Part shown: positions 52,960-64,000 of the stretch, piece after piece | How the letters are laid out: each line of letters opens with the position of its first letter | Numbering within the stretch: the stretch's first letter is position 1 | Origin: Octopus sinensis | Taxonomy: Eukaryota | Length of the DNA stretch: 64,000 nucleotides | Assembly: GCF_006345805.1 (NCBI RefSeq) | Contig: NC_042999.1 | Span: 137,082,001-137,146,000, forward strand | Direction of reading: 5' to 3' | The notes under the pieces: generated by a model | The model's input: only the letters and a program-made list of their open reading frames with translations | Databases searched by the model: none | Told to the model about the DNA's origin: nothing | Position numbers and translations under genes: made by a program

Positions 52960-53530
52960 TGTGGGCACAGGACGTCACGAACGTGTACAACAAAAAAATA
53001 CGAAGTACGAGTACATGGAATATGAACTATTTTTCGAACAACGAACGACGCATGGAAAACAAGACAAACAACTCAAAGAACGACCCTTCATCACTTGTTG
53101 GTTGTTTTTCTACTCTCGTATCTCGAGCATTTAACAACAATATATGCTTTCGATAAAAGTTGCTTCCGCAAAGCAAATTAAATAAAATTTAGGATTTTGC
53201 GGAGGGTCAAAATTGGTAACACAAACAGGGCAGGGAAAACAAATAGGAAGGGCTGCTAAGTCTAAACGAGGTAGTGGTGGCGAACGCGTAAATCAAGCTT
53301 GGATAGGAGACAGACAAGAACATATCTTTCTTGTTCCAGCTACAACGGAGAGAAGGAAAGAAACACAAGTTAGAAGAAAGAAAGATGACCGATACTCACG
53401 TGGTTCCCAAGTGAGCAAGGTAGGAGGAGTGAAGGAGAGAGTGGCAGGGTAATAGGATAGAAGAGTGGGAGAAGAGGAGGTAAAGGAATAAGAGACGAAA
53501 GCGTAAATATATCGTATAGAGTGCGCATCA
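52960..53530 (-). mobile_element. Z-family repeat, diverged single arm
   Basis: CAGGACGTCA...TTTTTCGAACAA...CCTTCATCAC...CTACTCTCG...TTCCGCAAAGCAAATTAAATAAAATTT...TTTGCGGAGGG...TCACGTG, collinear with 20620-21060. Confidence 0.65.
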
Positions 53531-53598
53531 GAATTAAGATAAAACTTACTCGGAAGAGGATGCGTGGCTTTCAACCATATAATAATATAATATATATA

Positions 53599-53847
53599 TA
53601 GGGTTGGCCAAAAGTCACCTGACAGTAAATTAAAACCCATTTAATTACAAGATTAAAACAAAAATTATTTTATGAGTTTCGTTAATAAATAGACAAATAT
53701 TGAAAAAACCAAAAAACGGTGATTTTTTTTTTTTTTTAACTCACAGCATTCAATTATTAAACGTTCATAATTGGAATGAATAAATAAAATTGAATATTAT
53801 TTATAGAAATTTGCTTTACTGTCGAGTGACTTTTGGTCAACCCCCTG
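53599..53847. mobile_element. Tc1/mariner-type MITE
   Basis: TIRs AGGGTTGGCCAAAAGTCACCTGACAGTAAA/TTTACTGTCGAGTGACTTTTGGTCAACCCCCT. Confidence 0.85.
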
Positions 53848-54509
53848 TGTGTGTGTGCGCGCATAGGTAATTCTATAAACCGGCCTTAACTTATATATAT
53901 GTAACGAACTTAATGTGTGAGTGTGTATCTTGTCTTGTACTTTCGGGGTACAAGAAAGCAATCACTCTCACTAGCCGCTGCTTTAATAATCCAGAATTCT
54001 ACCAGTCAGAAACAAGACGCAGACGTAAAATATATATATATACTACTTTATTCTCTTTCTTGGTAACAATAACAATAAGTGTGTTATCTGATGTCCTTGG
54101 TTCTGGGCGCGCAAGGCTGAAAGTTAATCGATTGTAATATTTACAATGTTCAGCCGCCAAAACAGAAAGGGTCAAAATGGCGTCCGGAGGAAGAAGATGA
54201 TGTCTGCAACAATCCAGGTTAAAGGCCTTTTGGTAAGGACTGCTAGAAGCAAGTTCGAACGGAGAGAAAATATGCGTAACCGTCTCCTTCAATCGCTGCT
54301 GTCCCAAGTCGCCGCTGCTGCTGCCAGCAGTCAAACGTTCTACGACCCCCTTACCTTGGCTAACCACCAGGTAGGCAAAAGGGTCGTGCTTCCGGTGGTT
54401 CGCGCATGCGCGAGAGGGCCCTTCCTTTCTGTGCCTTGGTGAAGGCACCAACACGCGCGAAATAGAAAATGGACGGTGCGCGCGCGCGCACCGTTATAGT
54501 ATCACTACA

Positions 54510-54521
54510 AGGCTCCCCTCC
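54510..54521 (-). promoter_or_regulatory. Polypurine tract
   Basis: Minus strand GGAGGGGAGCCT immediately before the 3' LTR start TGTAGTG. Confidence 0.75.
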
Positions 54522-56030
54522 AGTGCGTACGCACGAAAGGAAACTTATTGTAGTGACTGCAAAACTCAAGGTGGACACCAGATAACCAAATAGCACACAA
54601 TAATATAATGGCAAAATTTATAACATACACAAGAAATTTACTAAAGGAAAAAGAGAAAAAATACTCAATGAGCAAAAATCAAGAGTGCATGCATGAAAGT
54701 GTATACGTCACAAAGTATAGAGCCTTCCGCTGTAGGAAGCGGAGGGAAAGCAAAACTCACAGTCAATGAACCTAGGCGAAATTAAATCCAACTTCTCTAA
54801 AGGTGGTTGATCCTGCAAAATAGCAGTTAAATCAATTGCTGCAGGAGAGGAAATGGAATTGACAGAAGCTCGCTAGTAACACAAAAGGCAAAAGTGCAAA
54901 CATGCTGGTGTGATGCGCGACACAGATAATTTTCTGTTATTTACGTGACCAACAGTGGTCTAACAGGGAAAAATAATTACGCCTAACCATGGCGCAGCGC
55001 ATGTGAACATCCGACGTCCTATGAGTCGGGAAAAACTAAGCCAACGCAAACGTGTTGCAAAAAACAAGGCAATACACGTGCGAAGCAAAAGCGCATGAAA
55101 TGCAATAGTGCTTGCCAGACCAAAAAACAGCAAGAATATGCCAGTGGTTGAGCGATTATATGCCTCGTTCGCACAGGAACAAAAGTATGACATGCTGGCG
55201 CGTTATAATGGACAAACAACCCTCTCTATGTATACGTGACCGACCTAGGGTCTATAGAAATGAGGGGTGTCCACAAAAGGCAAATTTAGCACGGAAAAAA
55301 CAAGCGAGAAAAGCATGTGTGACGTATGTATGTGAGAGATAGCATTTATGTGTGTGTACGTGTGTGCGACAAAAATACATACAAGGTGAATGCGAGCAAA
55401 ATATAAAAAATACAGCGCATAGAAAAAATGTATCTCAAGGCCATTCCAGACAAGAATTAATTTACCAGTCTGTAATAGCCTGATGCACAATAGCAGTTCG
55501 TTCTGTAACAGAAATGTTGAGATTACAAATGCAGATGCCGATTGAACACATATCGTGTAGCGGTTGTGGCTTCAATGCTGTGACAGGTTAACTGGAACAG
55601 AAGAAATCTCGTAGATAGTGCTGGGCTGTGAATTCTTGGTGTGCTAATGCACAAACGGCAAGTGGACCAAACTTCCGCGAGTTGCTATGTACATCTTGGT
55701 GGAGGTCGACGGTGTTGAAAGGCGACGGTGGTGGTGGCGACTGTAGTGGACTTGAGACAACATCGTTCTTAGTGATGATGGCGACGAAGATAGCGACGAC
55801 GTGAAGTAGAAAGACGACGATGTCGATGACGAAGGTGGAGAAAAGGCATCGAATATATGATGGCGTCCGTCATCATGGCTGTAGAATAAGAAAGAGGCTC
55901 CTTCTACAACTGTTTGTAGTGGCCGGAAACAAATCGTCGAAAGATGATGCGTAGAGTTAAATCGTGTTCCGACTTCGCAGAAAAACTGGATTTTTTTTTG
56001 TTGATAAGTGATCTCTGGTTTTAGACCAGA

Positions 56031-56048
56031 ATCACGTCGGGGTCACCA
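56031..56048 (-). promoter_or_regulatory. Primer-binding site complementary to the tRNA-Trp 3' end
   Basis: The plus strand reads ATCACGTCGGGGTCACCA, identical to the last 18 nt of animal tRNA-Trp(CCA), and lies 1 nt from the LTR. Confidence 0.9.
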
Positions 56049-56859
56049 CTGTAACGAACTTAATGTGTGAGTGTGTATCTTGTCTTGTACTTTCGGGGTA
56101 CAAGAAAGCAATCACTCTCACTAGCCGCTGCTTTAATAATCCAGAATTCTACCAGTCAGAAACAACAAGACGCAGACGTAAAATATATATATACTACTTT
56201 ATTCTCTTTCTTGGTAACAATAACAATAAGTGTGTTATCTGATGTCCTTGGTTCTGGGCGCGCAAGGCTGAAAGTTAATCGATTGTAATATTTACAATGT
56301 TCAGCCGCCAAAACAGAAAGGGTCAAAATGGCGTCCGGAGGAAGAAGATGATGTCTGCAACAATCCAGGTTAAAGGCCTTTTGGTAAGGACTGCTAAAAG
56401 CAAGTTCGAACGGAGAGAAAATATGCGTAACCGTCTCCTTCAATCGCTGTTGTCCCAAGTCGCCGCTGCTGCTGCCAGCGGTCAAACGTTCTACGACCCC
56501 CTAACCTTGGCTAACCACCAGGTAGGCAAAAGGGTCGTGCTTCCGGTGGTTCGCGCATGCGCGAGAGGGCCCTTCCTTTCTGTGCCTTGGTGAAGGCACC
56601 AACACGCGCGAAATAGAAAATGGACGGTGCGCGCGCGCGCACCGTTATAGTATCACTACATATATATTTTTTAAAGTTAAGGCTAGTTTATGGAATTACC
56701 TTAGGTTTCACGTCCATAAAGGGGTTACCTTTATGGCGTATCATTAGATCCTAAAACCCATTTGTCGTAGGTCGACGTGGGCCTGCTCTTGATATGCAGC
56801 AGCGATGACATCAACTGCAGGTGAAGCCACTTGACGCAACGGAGTGATGCTTCTTATGT

Positions 56860-57190
56860 GCTCTTTCGTATTCTCTCTGTTGTTGCAAAACTCCTACCTA
56901 CTTGCGCCACCAGTCGTTCTTCGACAATCTCACTTCTCTCTACACTTTGAACTTGATTTCAGCAAAAGCGACCCTCCTCTTCTCCGAGTTTTCCTGTAGA
57001 TGTCGCTGGTGCAGGCGTTGCCTTTCGTCTAACTGACAGGGCCCTAGGGTCTCCTTAGCAGCAGGGAAGATTGCCTTCTTTACCGCCTGCCAATGTTACT
57101 CGATGCTACTTAGTCCGTCTGAATTGACCGCAACTGTGATGACAGCAGTCAGTCTCCGACAGTGTTCCACATTTGCTAGTATGCTGAGGT
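56860..57190 (-). mobile_element. Degenerate RTE-BovB-like LINE fragment (EN-RT linker)
   Basis: HWQAVKKAIFPAAKETLG...RRVAFAEIKFKV*REVRLSKNDWWRK, matching the RTE pattern W..LK..I..AA.E.LG ... QRELR..K..WW..K. Confidence 0.7.
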
Positions 57191-57493
57191 CTCCAGTTAT
57201 ATATAAGAAGAAATTAAGAAATTTTTTCTTAGGTTATTTGTATACAATTACAAGTTTTTTGTTTCCCAATGAAGTATAATAAAATTAACATATGCACGTC
57301 ATTACTTTTAAGAATTTGTTCAGAACTTATGCTTCTACAGTAGATGCTTAAGCATTCAACAAATTCTTAAATGTAATGACGTAAATATTGTATTTTATTT
57401 CATTCTATTTCCTTGGAAAATTTGAAGACTTTCTGTACTTGCATAGAAACAAAGGAACAATTCCATTATATCTTCTGACTAACTTTATTATTA

Positions 57494-57587
57494 ACTAATA
57501 TTATTCTGCAGCCTGCTAAAAAAAAAAGTTATGTGCGCGCTCACTAATATTATTCTACAGTCTGCTAAAAAAGTTATGTGCGCGCTC
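57494..57587. repeat. Two-copy ~47-bp tandem duplication
   Basis: ACTAATATTATTCT.CAG.CTGCT(A)nGTTATGTGCGCGCTC occurs twice. Confidence 0.9.
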
Positions 57588-59065
57588 GTATCCTAATATA
57601 CATTACTTCAATCAGATCGAGCAAGCGATCTCACAATTAGAAAAGCTAATAAAAAAATATCCCCTTTGTGGATATCAATGAAAATAGTATACCTCAATTT
57701 CAACAGACTTATAAAGAAGGTTGAAACAGGTGCAGTGGGCGAATTGTAATCATAACAACCAAGATGAAGAAACTAGCTCGAATATATTGTGTAATTATGA
57801 TTAATTCCTCATCTCAGAAATCAAGACAATAGATAATTGATATTTAATTTTAATATGCATTTGTGCAAAATCGAAGATTAAATATTCTGACATTTAAGGA
57901 TAACTTTCTTGACACAGTTTTAGAAAAGTATTGGTCTATCAATAAAAAAACGAACTTTTCTTTTTTTTTTTTGTTCATGTACTTGGCTTTAATGATCTAT
58001 GCCTGAGTGGGGTTATTGTATTACTGATTTAGTTGTATGCTATTTCAATTATTCTGATTTTGGTTATTCACTCCAGTTCACTTATGTATTGTTTTATATC
58101 ATTTACTATAATCTTAAACTCAGTGACCAGATTTATACAGAACTATTTGTTTACATACATTCTTTTCTCTTCTGAGTATAATAATAGCCTAATGATGATA
58201 GTGATGATGTAATTTCGGAAACAATGGCATAAACTATTTTCTTCCTACAATCTTATTGATTTTATTATTATTATTATACCCCTCTCTAGAAACAAGATTA
58301 ATAGTAAAGATTTACATGCATAGGTCATGGAATTAAGAGAAGTCAAATGTAAAAAATTCTTTCATTAAAGGAAACGGTCACCTAATTCCCCGCCCGTTTT
58401 CTTTCTCCATGCAAGTAGTGGTAGCTATTCCGAAAGCTCGCCACTTTGAGATTTACTCTATTTTCATGGTGTAATTGTTAAAACTTATTTATTTTCCGGG
58501 AAGTTTTCCCGTGTCACTCCATTGAGAGCAACCATATTTTCAATGGACACTTTCCTCAAGATTGTACTTAAGTGAATTTACATCCTGTTCTCGTGTGTCC
58601 ATGTGAAATACTAATTTTTTTCTTATTTTTTTCTGAAATGTATTTGGTATGTTATATCAGGGATAAAATTACTCAAGTCTTTGAGAGGTTGTTTACTCGT
58701 TATTAAAATGAAATAGTAAAGCCAACAATTAGAAATTAGATCTGTTTTATTTTTTATAAGTGAAAATGCGTATTCTGTTCTCCTCCCTCACACTTCTTAT
58801 TTACTAGAATGGAATTATCAATTTCATATATTTCAAAATAGCTTGACAACAGTTCTCTCTGAATGCTGTCCAATTTTGACTTAACGTCTCGTATAACTTC
58901 CGCTAAAAACCAGAGCTTATTAAAACTCACCCACTCAGCACTTAAATAAGGTGTTCGCAGCTTTTTGGTCTTTATTTTAAAATTTTTTTATTTATTTTTC
59001 TTCTCTTCATTTTCGAGCGTGGCCTTGCGGTTAAGTTCGCTTCGCAACAACATAGATCCAGGGTC

Positions 59066-59157
59066 GGTAGAGGTAAAGAATACGTATACCACCCGTTTTC
59101 GGCGAAACAAAAATCCTAACCCTAACCACCGAGTGTACGTATTCTTTACTTTCACCC
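59066..59157. mobile_element. 92-bp MITE with an 8-bp TSD (Merlin-like), inserted in a SINE head
   Basis: TSD CCAGGGTC at 59058-59065 and 59158-59165; IR GTAAAGAATACGTA/TACGTATTCTTTAC; G-starting ends; internal CCTAACCCTAACC. Confidence 0.7.
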
Positions 59158-59942
59158 CCAGGGTCGATCTTAGTGAGCGGCACTTATACCATAGACTTAG
59201 TTTGACTAATACTTGATGGAAACTGTACAGGCTTGTTGAGTGTATCTGAGTTTTACTTATGTTTGTCGGTAATGGGTATAAATATAAGCGAGAAAACCAG
59301 TCTGTTGCATTATTTGTTCTGTACCGAATAAGATGCTACCTTGTCACTCAAACCACCAAAAGTGAAGTGAACTTGTGACTGGCCCGTGTATCTTTTCGTT
59401 TTCACAGATCCTAAAACAGTAGTGTTGTTTCTCGCTGTTTGAGTAACCGCTTAGAATAGGCTTGTGTAACCTTTTTGGGGGAAACTGACCGCATGGGACA
59501 TGACTCGTCATCAAGCAAGGCCGCCCAACTAAAATTCAAGGTAATTTTTTCGTTAGGCGTGCCATTCATAAAGTCTTTCGGGTCGCACTTTGCCCATCAC
59601 TGGCTTAGGGACTCCTTGTTGGTTCATGGTAATAAATACACAAAACCAAGATATTAATCATCGAGCTGATTTTAGGACACTAAATTTTATCAACTCCAAA
59701 AACTTGACAAAATCAGTTCGGGTAAAATTTGAGCCGGCATTAGGACTAAATAGTGTACTCTACTGAATTTTCTATCCCAGTGCAGTAGTTCTTTTTATAT
59801 TGACGATATATGAAATAATTTCTATGTTTTTTGTCTATTTGAATTCATTTGTTCCTTTCATGTCTCCCTCCTTCAAGTCCTGGCGGAGGAGGTTATTAAT
59901 TGCTGCTTTTATAATTTAAATATCATACTATTAAGTTTACCA

Positions 59943-60696
59943 TACATAACATTCTTAGATGATCTGGTATCATTTCTCGACAGTCCAGTGAACTGGGATG
60001 TATTGCTTTGCACAATTGCTTACGTATCCTTTATTTAGTACAGTGGGGCGGGATTTGAGAGCGATTCGGCTGCTATTTCGAGCAGATCGATTGCCACGTA
60101 GAGCAGGTGTGGGGAAGCCTTTTATTACTCGGAGCAATTTGCATGACATATCTGTGCTGAGAAACAGTCTTCAATATTACACATAGTTATAGCAGCTTAC
60201 ATTAAATTGTTTTGATCCGAAGAGTTAAACCGTTTTAATTATGCGGATTTCACCAACGTTTTCAAATTTGAATGTATCAAGAGATTCTCCATCTCTTGAC
60301 CACGTGGCTACAATGTTGGTTCAAATAGGGAATAGTAGTCTAATACTGTATTCACTTAGCCATTTCGCCTATATTTCCCTATATATGATACGTAATACTG
60401 CTACTGGCAACCAGAAAACATGTGTTAGTAAGCCTATACCACGCAACTCAGATGGAGTCATCAACAAAGGAATTCGACAGAGAATTTATTTCCTCTTTAC
60501 ACAGATCCTCAGTATTAGTCATCTTTGTTTAGAGACTCACTACAGAGTTGAGTGACCACTAAAGACCTCTTCGCAGAGAGTATCCCTACCGGATATTGTT
60601 CTAAATAAAGGATACGTAAGCAATTGTGCAAAGCAATACATCCCAGTTCACTGGACTGTCGAGAAATGATACCAGATCATCTAAGAATGGTATGTA
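59943..60696. repeat. 96-bp near-perfect inverted duplication with a 562-bp spacer
   Basis: 59950-60038 is the exact reverse complement of 60601-60689 (89/89); it extends 7 more bp with one mismatch. Confidence 0.95.
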
Positions 60697-62245
60697 CCAT
60701 CATATCTGTACCTGTGACTACTAATAGTAAATAGAAGAGTCCGTTCGACCTGTAAGAAATATCAACCAAGTAGTCCTGAAATCTGTTTGCCGTCTTAAAG
60801 ACCCCCCCCCCCCAAAAAAAAAAACGCAAGATCAAATTGAATAATGTAGTCTTAGATTTAGTATATTTGGACGTAGAGAGGAATGTTGGTCAAGACTGGA
60901 ACACCTTTTATCGCAGGCTTGTCGATAAAAGTTGACCTGAGGTGAAACAGCTCCAGCTATAACTTCCTGTTTTGTGCAACAGACAGAAAATAATTTACGT
61001 ATGACTAATGAGAGTTGACTCAGGTTAAAAATAAAATAGTACACAGAATGCTTGCCATTCACACTACTTGTTACTAATTATCTTTTCATATTTTGTCTTG
61101 AACTTATTTCATTTAGCTGACTTTTCATTTAAGATGTTTTTTTCTTGTGTTATTTTCATTCTTTCTCCTAAAACCATAAACAACCCTGATCTCTACACTA
61201 ACCTTAGTTTTTATAGTTTGTCACCGTGTTCATATATTCAAACAATGGTGGTGTTCTTGTTGGACAAAAATAATTAAACAGTGAAAACGTGGCCTGTATT
61301 ATTTTAAGATGGTGCATGTGTTGGCGTGGGTGTGAGAATATGTGTGTTTGATAGCTTTATTATTTGCCGATGTATGTCTTTTCTTTTGTTTTTAGCGATC
61401 TTTTTAGGGAAATTCCTAAATTTGTTGTAAAAAAAACAAAAAAAAAAAAAACAAAGCTCCCAGTAAACTGAAGACCCAATTGTCAAAAACTGGGTCTTCA
61501 GTTTTGTAGGGTCTATGTTTGGACTAATCTAAGGATAACTTTTCTCTCCCAGTAGCCACAGAAGCCCTGTGGGCTCATGTACTTCTCTTCGCTCAGAAAT
61601 CCATACATTAAAAAAAATAATAATAAACGTTGCCTGCAGCATACTACTTTTTGTTAAGTTTAACAATGTCATTAGTGCAGAGAATGACGTAATGTTCATT
61701 GTGTTTACAAGCATTAAGTAAGGTGACTTTATAGTCGATTAGTGACCCCCCCCCCTTTTCCATTTGAATGGTAACAATCAATTTTGGGAGGAAAAAGTAA
61801 AGTCAACTCTGGTAGGATTTGAACTCAAAATATGAAACGAATGTAAATAAATATCAATAAGATATTTTAACTCTACTGATTGTGCCATCTATAGAAATAT
61901 GAACCAAGGAGAGAACCTTACACAGCTACTCAGCTTGTTGGGAATATAGTTGGATTATATCTCCCAAAGAAGGACATATTGGATATCATGTAGTCCTAGG
62001 TTTCACTGGTCTAAGAAAAAGAAAAGTCCAGCTGGAATGTTTTTGATAAATGGGTTATTTGATCATAATGACCAGTAACAGGTAAAATAATGTGCAATGA
62101 TGAATCCATCCTCCATGCATTTCATTTGACTCCTAGAAAAAGCAACTAACCTCCTTTAAATCATTGTAGGACATTTTTTCTATATACAAAATCCCCTGAT
62201 ATACAAAATTGCAGAACAGCAATACCTGGTTTGATCAGGGCTTAC

Positions 62246-62284
62246 CTGGAGCAAGAACATCAATAACAAAATTAAGTGCAACAC
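62246..62284 (-). CDS. Candidate 39-nt exon of a minus-strand gene (GVALNFVIDVLAP in phase 1, or VLHLILLLMFLLQ in phase 0)
   Basis: Long pyrimidine tract tttttgtttttaactttttaatactttcaaAG | 39 nt | GTAAGC; length is a multiple of 3; located in a CpG-depleted domain. Confidence 0.4.
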
Positions 62285-63599
62285 CTTTGAAAGTATTAAA
62301 AAGTTAAAAACAAAAAGATAACCTGTTCCTGGACTTATTCAACCTTGTTGACTTCTTTGTAAACAAAAAATAAATTCAGTGTAAACAGAATCTTCCAGAT
62401 GTTGTGTACTTAGCACACATGCTTGATTCCCTTCACATTATCCTGCCATATTTCTTTGCACTTTAGCAGAAATAAATTGATTGAATTTCAATCTAATTAA
62501 ACTACCTGAACCCCTTACAAACATACAAAACACACATACTCACACTCTCACTCATTCACTCCATACACATTCACCACTTCCTCCCTCTCATGTACCCCTG
62601 AAAATCATTGGAAACATAGTGGTGATAGGAAGGAAGTGGAATGAAATTACTAAAAAAAGCTTTCCGAACCTCAGAATAAATCCCTTCCCTTACCCACTGC
62701 TTATTCAAATCAACTATCAGCGTTGTATGCACTCTAGTGGATCAACTTGCAATTATCATGCTTAACATTACAGGAATATGTTCCTTACATAGCACTGGAA
62801 TGAGGACATCTAAATTGTTCTTGAGTGGAAACAACAGCTGCCTTTTTAAAAACATTTTCAATATAAATTTTTCAGTTAATGATTATTTCATGATCCTGTC
62901 CCTTGGCATTAGAAATATTCTTTAGGATCCATTCTGCTGTTATTTTTTATTTTTTTTAATTTTATACTGCTCTAATTGATTACTGTTTCAGAACTCCCCA
63001 CTTCTCTGCCTTTCATTGATTATATGTGGAGATTTGTTATTTTGTTTTAAAGTTTTGTTTTAGTTAAGTCGTTGATTATATTTTTTAAGCAAAAGTAAAA
63101 CCTAAACCCTGATAGATTTTATTTGTGTAAATCTTTCAGTGCAGTAACATTAATAAGAAACTCACCAAGGAATGCCAGAAGCAACACCCAAATTTTTCTC
63201 AACTCTTTCCTTTCTGAATAAAAAGACACTGGATAATGTAGTTCAAGGTATCTGTAGTGTGTGTGTTGGGGGAGTGGTTATGGCTCAAATGCTGGTGGTC
63301 ATAGGTCTGAAATAAGGGCTGACCTGGAACTAAACAACCCAAATAATAGTAATGATGATGGTAACAGTAGTAGTAACTAGGGCTGAAGGAGATTTAACAC
63401 CATGACCTGACCTTTAGATACCTTTAGCAGAGTTTACTCTGTTGTCAGTATTCAGACAAAAAATCTCTTATAACTTTACTCAACCAGACTGTGAGGCCCT
63501 GAAAAGACCACAGTGTTGTTCTTCCTTCTTGAAATTATTAATATACACACACACAATGTGATAGGTAAATTGTTGCCATTTTATATTTTTAATTTCGTA

Positions 63600-63765
63600 C
63601 ATGTGCATTGGTTTTGAGTGTCAATCTAAGGACAGTGCAGAGGATTTGGAAAGAGTTGGATGAGTCTGATAGTGATTATGAAAGTACAGCAGCTCAGAAA
63701 ACTCATTCTGAGAAGAAAAGAACTTGTGGATTTGTTGTTGAGATCTGGTTAAATTTGAAACATAA
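63600..63765 (+). mobile_element. Tc1/mariner transposase N-terminal (HTH) remnant
   Basis: LSVNLRTVQRIWKELDESDSDYESTAAQKTHSEKKRTCGFVVEI, with an xxRTVQRI helix-turn-helix pattern. Confidence 0.6.
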
Positions 63766-64000
63766 ACCTAAAAATATATCTAGTCCTTGATTTCTAATTA
63801 CAGTACTTTCTTATAGTATCTAATTAATATGCTGGAGCCATGGATTTGTTTAAGTTCATATCCTGCTGTAGGTATTATATTGTCCATAATTTGGATTGTC
63901 ATGTCCAGTTTGAAGATGAGAGATTGAGAGAGAGAGAGAAAATGGCAAAGATTCTTAATTACATAGTTGATTTCTCTCATTTGTAACATCTTAGTTTGGT

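Larger units (their letters stand above)
53900..56660 (-). mobile_element. Young non-autonomous LTR retrotransposon (2761 bp; Gypsy CsRn1-like by primer)
   Basis: LTRs 53900-54509 and 56050-56660 with TGTA...TACA ends, 4 substitutions and 2 small indels between them. TATA(TA) TSD, tRNA-Trp PBS and PPT present. 1540-bp interior with no pol ORF. Confidence 0.93.

Noticed and set aside
51391-53156. 482-, 565- and 399-aa ORFs rich in Y/I/M/H/C
   Set aside because: They are translations of the alternating TA/CA/TG minisatellite, which rarely creates stops; not coding. The array has no unique spacers, so it is not CRISPR.
55440-55980. Gag remnant in the LTR interior
   Set aside because: Minus-strand frames are S/T/R/H-rich low complexity with only a faint EVW resemblance and no CHCC knuckle or protease motif.
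56031-56048. tRNA-Trp gene
   Set aside because: Only the 3' 18-19 nt including CCA are present, next to an LTR; this is a PBS.
62694-62809. Minus-strand frame with a single TGA (possible selenocysteine)
   Set aside because: The context (IIAS*STR) matches no selenoprotein motif I know, and I saw no SECIS.

Overview
AT-rich, repeat-dense eukaryotic DNA; the SINE/LINE/MITE content suggests an octopus-like cephalopod (inference). No long protein-coding ORF: the long ORFs in the track are translated microsatellites. Best gene signal: a probable first coding exon of an NKAIN-family gene (33620-33688, +); I could not find its exon 2 in the window. Weaker splice signals suggest a minus-strand gene head-to-head with it across 1-31.5 kb, and another minus-strand exon at 62.2 kb. 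CpG density switches sharply at about 31.0 kb and about 61.9 kb. Mobile DNA includes a young non-autonomous LTR element with a tRNA-Trp primer site, fragments of R4/Dong-, CR1-, RTE- and L1/Tx1-type LINEs, two SINE families, mariner deletion derivatives and many MITEs. Most unusual: a minimal hammerhead-like motif (39484-39521); a Penelope-pLTR-like repeat family that forms a 1.3-kb foldback nested inside an older giant palindrome (19569-22217) and appears to seed a 1.4-kb minisatellite; and a near-perfect 96-bp inverted duplication (59943-60696). No CRISPR, rRNA or intact tRNA gene seen. All counts and alignments were done by eye.
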